From a virus (lineage: Duplodnaviria; Heunggongvirae; Uroviricota; Caudoviricetes), in the IMG/VR virus record IMGVR_UViG_2541047684_000007: DNA of 36,787 bases, one strand, 5' to 3'. Position 1 is the first letter of the stretch, and each line of letters opens with the position of its first letter. The translations under genes and the position numbers were made by a program. Below the pieces are notes generated by a model that made no database searches, was not told the origin of the DNA, and saw only the letters and a list, made by a program, of their open reading frames with translations. This document shows positions 9,274 through 17,536 of this stretch, one piece after another.

Positions 9274-9546
9274 TCATCTCGCCGTCAGTTGTTTTGATTT
9301 CCGGTAGCCTGCCGCGTAAAGAGCTACGTTCGGAAGACAAGTTGAACCTTCATATTTTCTGGTCAACGTTGTCAGAGTTATCACTTCTGCTCTCATTGCT
9401 GGTTTGAGCTTGCATTGCAAGACCACTCGTGAAGGGGTTGGCCTGTGTAGCTTGTCGGAGCTGATCGCCTCCTGACTTTGCAGATTTGCGCGACGAGCTC
9501 TACGGCGAGAAGCTGCGGTGCCTTTAAATTCTGTTTTTCTGGACAT
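9274..9546 (-). CDS. N: N-type transcription antiterminator (P22 gp24-like)
   Basis: ATG at 9546 with GGGAGGA SD. Arginine-rich motif GTAASRRRARRAN near the N-terminus. C-terminus NVALYAAGYRKSKQLTAR resembles P22 gp24 (GVALYAAGHRKSKQITAR) rather than lambda N. Confidence 0.75.
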   Translation of the reverse strand: MSRKTEFKGTAASRRRARRANLQSQEAISSDKLHRPTPSRVVLQCKLKPAMRAEVITLTTLTRKYEGSTCLPNVALYAAGYRKSKQLTAR

Positions 9547-9645
9547 GGATTCCTCCCGAATAAACTTTGGCGATGCAATCTCGAAGCTCCTCCTGAGACG
9601 GTTGCTTCGGCATTGCATCCCACAGCTTATGTGGTTGGGTGATCT

Positions 9646-9689
9646 GGCTTTTCAGCCACGTAGTCGAGAGTCGACGTTGTTTAAAGAGC
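9646..9689 (-). promoter_or_regulatory. Candidate nutL (boxA plus boxB-like hairpin)
   Basis: Minus strand reads GGCTCTTTAAACAACG (boxA-like; compare the boxA consensus CGCTCTTTAACAA), followed about 20 nt downstream by GGCUGAAAAGCC (short stem, GAAA-type loop). Coordinates approximate. Confidence 0.35.
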
Positions 9690-9699
9690 CTGCCAGTCT

Positions 9700-9800
9700 G
9701 TTCCATTTGGCTTCCAGCGTCCTGCTGACGGTTAAATAGTACGATATGTACTTTACAAGATCAATACAATTTGTTGTAAGTTGGCGTGGTTTTTTATAAC
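9700..9800 (-). promoter_or_regulatory. pL / OL operator region (candidate)
   Basis: Intergenic region upstream of N. Contains ATATGTACTTT (9744-9754), the reverse complement of AAAGTACATAT found in the OR region at 12054-12064. Confidence 0.4.
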
Positions 9801-9949
9801 GCTTTGTATTTAATAGTGTTGTTTTTTAGCGTGGATGTATTGCCTCGGCGATGTAAGGAGAGATCAGAATTGCGTGGTTTAGTGGGTTGCATCTATTTAT
9901 TTTTCAATAAATATAATTGGTTATGTGTTTTTAGGTGGGCGAACGTGAG

Positions 9950-9978
9950 GCAAAGAAAACCCGGCGCTGAGGCCGGGT
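9950..9978 (-). terminator. Rho-independent terminator closing the cI / two-gene cassette operon
   Basis: Hairpin ACCCGGC-(loop)-GCCGGGT at 9959-9978, followed on the minus strand by a U-rich run (UUUCUUUG). Lies immediately 3' of the 250-aa gene stop at 9983. Confidence 0.55.
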
Positions 9979-9982
9979 TGTA

Positions 9983-10735
9983 TTATGCTGCAAGTCTCTT
10001 AACCCAAGTCTCTCTTTTGGAGAATGGTAGAACTTGGCTTGATTCATGGAAGAGTAAGGAGAGTTGTTGCATTTGATCACCAATTGCTTCGCTGTCTATA
10101 ACAACAAATCTGTTGTTATACTCCTCACTTGAAGCTTTAAGATCAATTAGTTTCCCAAGCAATGAGTAAGCACTATTCCAGCTTCCTCCGTGTTTCACGC
10201 TTGATGTAAAAACGTATTTAGGTATGTCGGTTTTTATTGTTACAGGGACGGTAATTTGATGTCCACTCAAGCCATATACGTTTTCACGAAGAGAAAGTGC
10301 GTCTCTAAGCTCTGTGTGATATAGATAATCAATAACCATACTTTCAAACTTTTCAGCTTGAACTGGCTGATACCAGTCTAACGACAAAGTTGATGCGAGT
10401 ATACCAGCTCTAATTATGTTCGATGTAATCGCACCGACATCCTTTTCTGTTGCCCAAGCAATGATTTCTCCTCGAGCATTGAGTTCTGCGCCTTCTTTAA
10501 GCAGTAATTGTCGTATCTCATCAAGTCGTTTTTTGGTAAGCGAGATCCCTCTTGCCTCCATATTCATTAAGGCATCGCATCTGTCACTAACTAAATACCT
10601 ACCATTGACTTCACGGATAAAGGCACCGACATGCTCTCCATCATCACAGTAAGTGAATGGACTGATAATTCTCAAGGTCTTGCCTATTGGATGGCATTCG
10701 AAACCTAGTTGTGAGATCACTGTTGAGCACATCAT
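9983..10735 (-). CDS. Hypothetical protein, distal gene of the rex-position cassette
   Basis: 250 aa. Its ATG overlaps the upstream stop (ATGA), implying translational coupling. No Walker A, HEPN or transmembrane segment visible by eye. AT-rich relative to flanking genes. Confidence 0.7.
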   Translation of the reverse strand: MMCSTVISQLGFECHPIGKTLRIISPFTYCDDGEHVGAFIREVNGRYLVSDRCDALMNMEARGISLTKKRLDEIRQLLLKEGAELNARGEIIAWATEKDVGAITSNIIRAGILASTLSLDWYQPVQAEKFESMVIDYLYHTELRDALSLRENVYGLSGHQITVPVTIKTDIPKYVFTSSVKHGGSWNSAYSLLGKLIDLKASSEEYNNRFVVIDSEAIGDQMQQLSLLFHESSQVLPFSKRETWVKRLAA

Positions 10736-11289
10736 ATTCCAAACCCCATTTGCCCCGACTCATCTTCAAGCGGTAAAGGTATTCTCCCAGAGTAAGTTAT
10801 GTTCAGATGTTTACAGAAGTAATTCCAATACCCTACCAGGTCATCTGGGTTTATGTCATCTTCGATTGGAAACGCTATTCTATCACTATAGTATCCAGCT
10901 TCTTCATAGTATACATGGTAGTGAGCACCGTAAATGATATCTTGGTACTTCGGATGATCGACCTTGTAACTATTCGTGTGTTTGTCAAAGTGATAGGTAT
11001 CTACCGCGAAAACCCTCTTGTTATGATAGAAAGCAATAATATTTATTTTAGGGTAAGAAATCGGGTCATCAGGTTCTGAATCCTGATCTGGTTTCCATTT
11101 CAGTTCAAACTTTAGCCCTTGTATAGGTATACAATCCTCATCCAAGGGGATGATATGGGCTTGTAGCCACATATCAGAGCGACTTGGTTTCTGTTTCCAT
11201 TTAACGCCAGAAAAGTTAACTATTTTTTTACAATAAAGTACTTTATCAACTTCTACTTGGCTTGGCTGATAATCATCTATTTTTGCCAA
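10732..11289 (-). CDS. Hypothetical Tyr/His/Asp-rich protein, proximal gene of the rex-position cassette
   Basis: 185 aa. Starts with TTG at 11287-11289, 40 nt after the cI stop, with an in-frame TAA two codons upstream. The first in-frame ATG is at codon 40. No recognisable motif. Confidence 0.6.
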   Translation of the reverse strand: MAKIDDYQPSQVEVDKVLYCKKIVNFSGVKWKQKPSRSDMWLQAHIIPLDEDCIPIQGLKFELKWKPDQDSEPDDPISYPKINIIAFYHNKRVFAVDTYHFDKHTNSYKVDHPKYQDIIYGAHYHVYYEEAGYYSDRIAFPIEDDINPDDLVGYWNYFCKHLNITYSGRIPLPLEDESGQMGFGI

Positions 11290-11328
11290 TGTTTACCGCC
11301 CTGTAAATTGTAGATAAAAGTGGTTTCA

Positions 11329-11988
11329 TCACCCAAACGTCTCTTCAGGCCATTGGCTGGCGATAACTTTCCCCACAACGGAACAACTCTCATTGCATGG
11401 GATCATTGGGTATTGTGGGTTTAGTGGCTGTAGAAACACCTGACCGCTATCCCTGATCAGTTTCTTGAAGGTAAATTCATCACCACCAAGTCTGGCTATG
11501 CAGAAATCGCCGGGCTCAACAGCTTGCTCAGGGTCAACCAGAATTAACATCCCGTCAGGAAAGCTGGGTTTGGAACCTGTTGGTGCGGTCATTGAGTTAC
11601 CTTCAACCTCAAGCCAGAATGCAGAGTCACTGGCTTTTTTGGTTGTGCTTACCAATCTCTCCGCATCGCCTTTGGTAAAGGTTCTGAGTTCTGGAGAGAA
11701 CATCCCAGCCTGAACATGAGAAAAAACAGGGTACTCATATTGTTTTTTAACTGGGGCCGATGAGTATTCGCCAACAGGTGAAAATGTCCCGTCGTGGTTG
11801 AATGATATGTTATCAATACCAAGGTATTTAAACACCACACCAATATCACTAAGAGATGGATGACGAGATCCGCGCAACCAGTGTCCAATCCCACCCTGCG
11901 TCATACCTAGCTCTTCGGCTAACTTCTCTTGAGTTATGCCGAGCTCTTTCATTCTGGATCTAGCCAGTTCATACCATTTCATTTTCAT
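11329..11988 (-). CDS. cI: CI prophage repressor (lambda-like C-terminal domain, distinct N-terminal HTH domain)
   Basis: The C-terminal ~135 aa are near-identical to the lambda CI RecA-mediated autocleavage domain ([95 protein letters not shown]...). The N-terminal HTH ([23 protein letters not shown]) is unlike lambda. Start chosen at the ATG at 11988 with AAGGAC SD; alternatives are ATG 12024 or TTG 12030. Confidence 0.9.
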   Translation of the reverse strand: MKMKWYELARSRMKELGITQEKLAEELGMTQGGIGHWLRGSRHPSLSDIGVVFKYLGIDNISFNHDGTFSPVGEYSSAPVKKQYEYPVFSHVQAGMFSPELRTFTKGDAERLVSTTKKASDSAFWLEVEGNSMTAPTGSKPSFPDGMLILVDPEQAVEPGDFCIARLGGDEFTFKKLIRDSGQVFLQPLNPQYPMIPCNESCSVVGKVIASQWPEETFG

Positions 11989-12030
11989 GTCCTTATTATT
12001 ACGCTCTGTACTGGAACCATCCATGCACAA

Positions 12031-12098
12031 TGTGTATTTTTACTTGTATTCGCAAAGTACATATTGTATTTTTTATTCGTGTTTACTATGGAGGGCAT
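12031..12098. promoter_or_regulatory. OR operator / pRM-pR divergent promoter region
   Basis: 68-bp divergent intergenic region between cI and cro. Contains AAAGTACATAT (12054-12064) and repeated TTGTAT motifs, mirrored at OL. Confidence 0.6.
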
Positions 12099-12314
12099 AT
12101 GAGCAACCTACGAAAATATCGAGAGTCACTGAATATCTCTCAAACAACACTTGCTAAGGCAGTTGGATGCACACAGGGAGCTATCGGACATTGGGAATCT
12201 GGTCGTCGCTTCCCAGACCTTAAAACATGCCGTGCTCTTGTTGCGTGCCTAAACAAGTTAGGCGCAAAAGTCAGTCTTGATGACGTGTTCCCGCCGGAAC
12301 ACAAAGCCGCTTAA
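12099..12314 (+). CDS. cro: Cro-like HTH repressor
   Basis: 71 aa from the ATG at 12099 (SD GGAGGG), divergent from cI. HTH motif ISQTTLAKAVGCTQGAIGHWESG. Confidence 0.85.
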   Translation: MSNLRKYRESLNISQTTLAKAVGCTQGAIGHWESGRRFPDLKTCRALVACLNKLGAKVSLDDVFPPEHKAA

Positions 12315-12324
12315 TAAGCGGATC

Positions 12325-12370
12325 CGCTCTTTGTAACAACGGACATTCGTCCTACGTCGCTGAAAAGCGA
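12325..12370 (+). promoter_or_regulatory. Candidate nutR (boxA plus boxB-like hairpin)
   Basis: CGCTCTTTG (boxA-like) at about 12325-12333, followed by UCGCUGAAAAGCGA at about 12357-12370. The core GCUGAAAAGC is shared with the nutL candidate and resembles the P22 boxB GCGCUGACAAAGCGC. Confidence 0.35.
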
Positions 12371-12399
12371 GTTCCAAGATATCTGACCAACTAAGGCCA

Positions 12400-12425
12400 T
12401 ATGCGTTTCCACGCATACCTTTCAA
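12400..12425 (+). terminator. Candidate tR1-region hairpin
   Basis: Stem TATGCGT / ACGCATA with loop TTCC, followed by CCTTTCAACT, between cro and cII. Only a weak U-tract. Confidence 0.3.
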
Positions 12426-12455
12426 CTAACTATTCACTATTGGAAATCTTAAGAA

Positions 12456-12752
12456 ATGGAAAGAACAAGTTACAGCAAACTATCACAGCGTGACGTTGAT
12501 CGCGCAGAAACAGATTTACTTATCAATCTGTCAGCTATTACCCAGCGCGGTCTGGCAAAGATGATTGGCTGTCATGAATCGAAGATAAGCAGAACGGACT
12601 GGAGATTTATTGCTTCGGTCTTGTGTGCTTTCGGAATGGCATCAGACATCAGTCCGATTAGCAGGGCTTTTAAGTATGCGCTTGATGGACTCACCAATAA
12701 AAAACGCCCGGCGGCAACCGAGCGTTCTGAACAAATCCAGATGGAATTCTGA
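12456..12752 (+). CDS. cII: CII transcriptional activator
   Basis: 98 aa. C-terminus TNKKRPAATERSEQIQMEF is identical to lambda CII; the N-terminal half diverges. Confidence 0.9.
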   Translation: MERTSYSKLSQRDVDRAETDLLINLSAITQRGLAKMIGCHESKISRTDWRFIASVLCAFGMASDISPISRAFKYALDGLTNKKRPAATERSEQIQMEF

Positions 12753-12784
12753 GGTCATTACTGGATCAATCCACAGGAGTCATT

Positions 12785-13684
12785 ATGACAAATACAGCAA
12801 AAATACTCAACTTCTGCAGAGGTAACTTTGCCAAACAGGAGCGTAATGTGGCAGATCTCGATGATGGTTACGCCAGACTATCAAATATGCTGCTTGAGGC
12901 TTATTCAGGCGCAGATCTGACCAAGCGACAGTTTAAAGTGCTGCTTGCCATTCTGCGTAAAACCTATGGATGGAATAAACCAATGGACAGAATCACCGAT
13001 TCTCAACTTAGCGAGATTACAAAGTTACCCGTCAAACGGTGCAATGAAGCCAAGTTAGAACTCGTCAGAATGAATATTATCAAGCAGCAAGGCGGCATGT
13101 TTGGACCAAATAAAAACATCTCAGAATGGTGTATCCCTCAAAACGAGGGAAAATCCCCTAAAACGAGGGATAAAACATCCCTCAAATTGGGGGATTGCTA
13201 TCCCTCAAAACAGGGGGACACAAAAGACACTATTACAAAAGAAAAAAGAAAAGATTATTCGTCAGAGAATTCTGGCGAATCCTCTGACCAGCCAGAAAAC
13301 GACCTTTCTGTGGTGAAACCGGATGCTGCAATTCAGAGCGGCAGCAAGTGGGGGACAGCAGAAGACCTGACCGCCGCAGAATGGATGTTTGACATGGTGA
13401 AGACCATCGCGCCATCAGCCAGAAAACCGAATTTTGCAGGGTGGGCTAACGATATCCGCCTGATGCGTGAACGTGACGGACGTAACCATCGCGACATGTG
13501 TGTACTGTTCCGCTGGGCATGCCAGGACAACTTCTGGTCCGGTAACGTGCTGAGCCCGGCCAAACTCCGCGACAAGTGGACCCAGCTCGAAATCAACCGT
13601 AACAAGCAACAGGCAGGTGTGACAGCCTGCAAACCAAAACTCGACCTGACAAACACTGACTGGATTTACGGGGTGGATTTATGA
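12785..13684 (+). CDS. O: Replication initiator O
   Basis: 299 aa, near-identical to lambda O. Contains ori-lambda iterons within the coding sequence. Confidence 0.95.
   Translation: MTNTAKILNFCRGNFAKQERNVADLDDGYARLSNMLLEAYSGADLTKRQFKVLLAILRKTYGWNKPMDRITDSQLSEITKLPVKRCNEAKLELVRMNIIKQQGGMFGPNKNISEWCIPQNEGKSPKTRDKTSLKLGDCYPSKQGDTKDTITKEKRKDYSSENSGESSDQPENDLSVVKPDAAIQSGSKWGTAEDLTAAEWMFDMVKTIAPSARKPNFAGWANDIRLMRERDGRNHRDMCVLFRWACQDNFWSGNVLSPAKLRDKWTQLEINRNKQQAGVTACKPKLDLTNTDWIYGVDL
13133..13262 (+). repeat. ori-lambda: four iterons plus AT-rich unwinding region
   Basis: Four direct repeats of the ATCCCTCAAAACGAGGGA type at about 13133-13220, followed by an AT-rich tract (CAAAAGACACTATTACAAAAGAAAAAAGAAAAG). 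Confidence 0.85.
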
Positions 13685-14382
13685 AAAACATCGCCGCACA
13701 GATGGTTAATTTTGACCGTGAGCAGATGCGTCGGATCGCCAACAACATGCCGGAACAGTACGACGAAAAGCCGCAGGTACAGCAGGTAGCGCAGATCATC
13801 AACGGTGTGTTCAGCCAGTTACTGGCAACTTTCCCGGCGAGTCTGGCTAACCGTGACCAGAACGAACTGAACGAAATCCGCCGCCAGTGGGTTCTGGCTT
13901 TCCGGGAAAACGGGATCACCACAATGGAACAGGTTAACGCAGGAATGCGCGTAGCCCGTCGGCAGAATCGACCATTTCTGCCATCACCCGGGCAGTTTGT
14001 TGCATGGTGCCGGGAAGAAGCATCCGTTATCGCCGGACTGCCAAACGTCAGCGAGCTGGTTGATATGGTTTACGAGTATTGCCGGAAGCGAGGCCTGTAT
14101 CCGGATGCAGAGTCTTATCCGTGGAAATCGAACGCGCACTACTGGCTGGTTACCAACCTGTACCAGAACATGCGGGCCAATGCGCTGACTGACGCGGAAT
14201 TACGACGCAAGGCTGCCGATGAACTGACCTGTATGACAGCGCGAATTAACCGTGGTGAGACGATACCTGAACCAGTAAAACAACTTCCTGTCATGGGCGG
14301 CAGACCTCTAAATCGTGTTCAGGCGCTGGCGAAGATCGCAGAAATTAAAGCTAAGTTAGGACTGAAAGGAGCAAGTGTATGA
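13681..14382 (+). CDS. P: Replication protein P (DnaB helicase loader)
   Basis: 233 aa, near-identical to lambda P. Overlaps the O stop. Confidence 0.95.
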   Translation: MKNIAAQMVNFDREQMRRIANNMPEQYDEKPQVQQVAQIINGVFSQLLATFPASLANRDQNELNEIRRQWVLAFRENGITTMEQVNAGMRVARRQNRPFLPSPGQFVAWCREEASVIAGLPNVSELVDMVYEYCRKRGLYPDAESYPWKSNAHYWLVTNLYQNMRANALTDAELRRKAADELTCMTARINRGETIPEPVKQLPVMGGRPLNRVQALAKIAEIKAKLGLKGASV

Positions 14383-14669
14383 CGGGCAAAGAGGCAATTA
14401 TTCATTACCTGGGGACGCATAATAGCTTCTGTGCGCCGGACGTTGCCGCGCTAACAGGCGCAACAGTAACCAGCATAAATCAGGCCGCGGCTAAAATGGC
14501 ACGGGCAGGTCTTCTGGTTATCGAAGGTAAGGTCTGGCGAACGGTGTATTACCGGTTTGCTACCAAGGAAGAACGGGAAGGAAAGATGAGCACGAACCTG
14601 ATTTTTAAGGAGTGTCGCCAGAGTGCCACGATGAAACGGATATTGGCGGTATATGGAGTTAAAAGATGA
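14379..14669 (+). CDS. ren: Ren
   Basis: 96 aa at the lambda ren position, overlapping the P stop. Sequence matches lambda Ren as I recall it. Confidence 0.8.
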   Translation: MTGKEAIIHYLGTHNSFCAPDVAALTGATVTSINQAAAKMARAGLLVIEGKVWRTVYYRFATKEEREGKMSTNLIFKECRQSATMKRILAVYGVKR

Positions 14670-14742
14670 CCATCTACATCACTGAGCTAATAACAGGCCT
14701 GCAGGTAATCGCAGGCCTTTTTATTTGGGGGAGAGGGAAGTC

Positions 14743-15183
14743 ATGAAAAAACTAACCTTTGAAATTCGATCTCCGGCACATCAGCAAAACGCTATTCACG
14801 CAGTACAGCAAATCCTTCCAGACCCAACCAAACCAATCGTAGTAACCATTCAGGAACGCAACCGCAGCTTAGACCAAAACAGGAAGCTATGGGCCTGCTT
14901 AGGTGACGTCTCTCGTCAGGTTGAATGGCATGGTCGCTGGCTGGATGCAGAAAGCTGGAAGTGTGTGTTTACCGCAGCATTAAAGCAGCAGGATGTTGTT
15001 CCTAACCTTGCCGGGAATGGCTTTGTGGTAATAGGCCAGTCAACCAGCAGGATGCGTGTAAGCGAATTTGCGGAGCTATTAGAGCTTATACAGGCATTCG
15101 GTACAGAGCGTGGCGTTAAGTGGTCAGACGAAGCGCGACTGGCTCTCGAATGGAAAGCGCGATGGGGAGATCGGGCTGCATGA
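14743..15183 (+). CDS. ninB: NinB (Orf-family recombination mediator)
   Basis: ATG at 14743 with GAGGGAAG SD. 146 aa matching lambda NinB (MKKLTFEIRSPAHQQNAIHAVQQILPDPTKPIVVTIQERNRSLDQNRKLWACLGD...). Confidence 0.85.
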   Translation: MKKLTFEIRSPAHQQNAIHAVQQILPDPTKPIVVTIQERNRSLDQNRKLWACLGDVSRQVEWHGRWLDAESWKCVFTAALKQQDVVPNLAGNGFVVIGQSTSRMRVSEFAELLELIQAFGTERGVKWSDEARLALEWKARWGDRAA

Positions 15184-15707
15184 CTATCAAATCAAATACG
15201 CCAGCACACGACAAGGACTGCTGGCAAACGCCGCTTTGGCTTTTTGATGCACTGGATATTGAGTTTGGATTCTGGCTGGATTCGGCAGCGAGCGACAAAA
15301 ATGCTCTGTGCGCTCACTGGCTAACTGAGGACGACGACGCGCTCAATTCTGAGTGGGTAAGCCACGGTGCAATCTGGAATAACCCACCGTACAGCAATAT
15401 CAGGCCGTGGGTGGAAAAAGCCGCTGAGCAGTGTATACAACAGCGACAGACGGTAGTGATGCTTGTGCCAGAGGATATGTCTGTCGGATGGTTCAGCAAG
15501 GCTCTGGAGAGTGTTGACGAAGTTCGTATTATCACTGATGGACGGATTAATTTTATCGAACCATCGACAGGGCTGGAGAAGAAGGGAAACAGCAAAGGCT
15601 CCATGCTGCTGATTTGGCGACCGTTCATCAGTCCTCGACGGATGTTTACTACCGTATCCAAAGCGGCATTGATGGCGATCGGGCAGGGCGTCAGGAGGGC
15701 TGCATGA
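15180..15707 (+). CDS. Phage DNA N6-adenine methyltransferase (Dam-type)
   Basis: 175 aa from the ATG overlapping the ninB stop (ATGA). NPPY catalytic motif (WNNPPYSN). No adjacent restriction endonuclease gene. Confidence 0.8.
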   Translation: MTIKSNTPAHDKDCWQTPLWLFDALDIEFGFWLDSAASDKNALCAHWLTEDDDALNSEWVSHGAIWNNPPYSNIRPWVEKAAEQCIQQRQTVVMLVPEDMSVGWFSKALESVDEVRIITDGRINFIEPSTGLEKKGNSKGSMLLIWRPFISPRRMFTTVSKAALMAIGQGVRRAA

Positions 15708-15880
15708 GACGACAGCGACGAAGCATCACCGACATAATCTGCGAAAACTGCAAATACCTTCCAACGAAACGCTCCAGAAATAAACGCAAGCTAATCCCAA
15801 AAGAATCTGACGTAAAAACCTTCAATTACACAGCCCACCTGTGGGATATCCGGTGGCTAAGATATCGTGCGAGGAAATGA
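15704..15880 (+). CDS. ninE: NinE
   Basis: 58 aa, [58 protein letters not shown], matching lambda NinE. ATGA overlap with the methyltransferase stop. Confidence 0.8.
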   Translation: MRRQRRSITDIICENCKYLPTKRSRNKRKLIPKESDVKTFNYTAHLWDIRWLRYRARK

Positions 15881-16224
15881 CAATGGATTATTCACAGTTA
15901 AGTGATTTTGAAATTAACAGAATGGTAGGAGACATAATTTTTAAAGGCCTTTGGGCAAGTAAACCGGAAACATCAGGGAATAACACCAACAAATGGTATT
16001 ACGGAAATGCTGATACAACTTTTGAGCCATTAAATCATTTGCCTGACTACTGCAATGATCCGAGCGCTTCATGGCCGATTATTGAGAAATACAGGATTTC
16101 TATCTTAGACCAGTTAACTGAATGGTGTGTGGATGCAAAAGGCGTAAGCCCAATATTTGATACCAGACCTCTCCGCGCCGCCATGATTGTCTTTCTCCTG
16201 ATGCAGGAGGCCAATAATGCTTAG
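15877..16224 (+). CDS. Hypothetical nin-region protein
   Basis: 115 aa from the ATG at 15877, overlapping the ninE stop. No motif recognised. Confidence 0.5.
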   Translation: MTMDYSQLSDFEINRMVGDIIFKGLWASKPETSGNNTNKWYYGNADTTFEPLNHLPDYCNDPSASWPIIEKYRISILDQLTEWCVDAKGVSPIFDTRPLRAAMIVFLLMQEANNA

Positions 16225-16411
16225 CCCATCTCAATCCCTTCAATACCTGAAAGAAAGCATAGAGCGGGCTTCAATGTGCACAGAGTGGATTCTATCTAGG
16301 TTTAGCGCATACAGAAGATTGCCGGTAAAGGGCATGCCAAGCAAGTCGATGCTGCATATGCAAAAGAATGCGCGCTGGAAGGTATGGCGAGAACACAGGT
16401 TATGTGGCTGA
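16217..16411 (+). CDS. ninF: NinF-like protein
   Basis: 64 aa. The N-terminus [18 protein letters not shown] resembles lambda NinF ([18 protein letters not shown]); the C-terminal part diverges. Confidence 0.5.
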   Translation: MLSPSQSLQYLKESIERASMCTEWILSRFSAYRRLPVKGMPSKSMLHMQKNARWKVWREHRLCG

Positions 16412-16430
16412 AAGAGGGGGTTATTAAGGC

Positions 16431-16793
16431 GTGAATACCTACAGCATCACATTACCCTGGCCTCCGAGCAATAATCGCTATTACCGCCATAATCGCGGGC
16501 GCACGCACGTCAGCGCAGAGGGGCAGGCATACCGCGATAACGTCGCCCGAATCATTAAAAACGCAATGCTGGATATCGGCCTGGCTATGCCTGTGAAAAT
16601 CCGCATTGAGTGCCACATGCCGGATCGCCGTCGCCGTGACCTGGATAATCTGCAAAAAGCCGCTTTTGACGCACTCACTAAAGCAGGTTTCTGGCTGGAT
16701 GATGCTCAGGTCGTTGATTACCGCGTTGTGAAGATGCCTGTTACCAAAGGTGGGAGGCTGGAACTGACCATCACCGAAATGGGGAATGAATGA
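16431..16793 (+). CDS. rusA: RusA Holliday-junction resolvase
   Basis: 120 aa, [42 protein letters not shown]... with the conserved catalytic-region motif RRRDLDN. Confidence 0.9.
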   Translation: MNTYSITLPWPPSNNRYYRHNRGRTHVSAEGQAYRDNVARIIKNAMLDIGLAMPVKIRIECHMPDRRRRDLDNLQKAAFDALTKAGFWLDDAQVVDYRVVKMPVTKGGRLELTITEMGNE

Positions 16794-16930
16794 TGTTTGA
16801 GTTTAATATGGCAGAACTTCTTCGCCACCGCTGGGGGCGTCTGCGCTTATATCGTTTCCTCGGTTCTGTTTTGACCGATTACCGAATACTGAAGAATTAC
16901 GCCAAAACCCTGACAGGAACAGGAGTATGA
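16790..16930 (+). CDS. ylcG: Small protein, YlcG-like
   Basis: Manual translation gives [46 protein letters not shown] (46 aa), overlapping the rusA stop. Resembles DLP12 YlcG. Not in the track (under 60 aa). Confidence 0.5.
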   Translation: MMFEFNMAELLRHRWGRLRLYRFLGSVLTDYRILKNYAKTLTGTGV

Positions 16931-17015
16931 AGTCAGAGATAACAATCAACTAATACTGTTTTGTTGATTTTTGCTTGTAATTGGCGTTCTGGTCTGATTT
17001 TTGTGGAGTAAGTTG

Positions 17016-17399
17016 ATGCGTGATATTCAGATGGTTCTTGAGCGTTGGGGTGCGTGGGCGGCTAATAATCATGAAGATGTGACCTGGTCGTCCATTGCCG
17101 CCGGTTTTAAGGGATTAATTCCTTCAAAAGTAAAATCTCGCCCGCAATGTTGTGACGATGACGCGATGATCATTTGCGGGTGCATGGCCCGTCTGAAAAA
17201 GAACAACAGCGATTTACACGATTTATTAGTAGATTATTATGTATGTGGTATGACATTCATGTCACTGGCAAGTAAGCATTGCTGCTCGGATGGTTATATC
17301 GGGAAAAGGTTACAGAAGGCTGAGGGCATAATTGAAGGGATGTTAATGGCATTAGATATCCGGTTAGATATGGATATCGTTGCTAATAATTCTAATTGA
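17016..17399 (+). CDS. quuD: Late antiterminator Q (phage 82 / DLP12 QuuD type)
   Basis: 127 aa from [26 protein letters not shown]..., matching the short Q family (QuuD) rather than the 207-aa lambda Q. Confidence 0.8.
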   Translation: MRDIQMVLERWGAWAANNHEDVTWSSIAAGFKGLIPSKVKSRPQCCDDDAMIICGCMARLKKNNSDLHDLLVDYYVCGMTFMSLASKHCCSDGYIGKRLQKAEGIIEGMLMALDIRLDMDIVANNSN

Positions 17400-17415
17400 T
17401 ATGCAATTGTTTACT

Positions 17416-17449
17416 AAAAGTTATTAAAAATGGGGCGTGGAAACGCCCC
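17416..17449 (-). terminator. Candidate rho-independent terminator for the porin gene
   Basis: Hairpin GGGGCGT-GGAA-ACGCCCC at 17432-17449, with a U-rich tract (AUUUUUAAUAACUUUU) following on the minus strand. Confidence 0.4.
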
Positions 17450-17536
17450 CAAAATAAAGGGTAATATATAACAGAAGGTTTATATAGTAAGAAGCAAGGT
17501 AGTGCTTCTAAAGGAAGTGGCTTGAGGGCTCCACTT

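Noticed and set aside
13133-13220. Short direct repeats that could be taken for a CRISPR-like array
   Set aside because: Only four about 18-22-bp repeats with almost no spacers, inside the O coding sequence and followed by an AT-rich tract. This is the classic ori-lambda iteron structure, not a CRISPR array.
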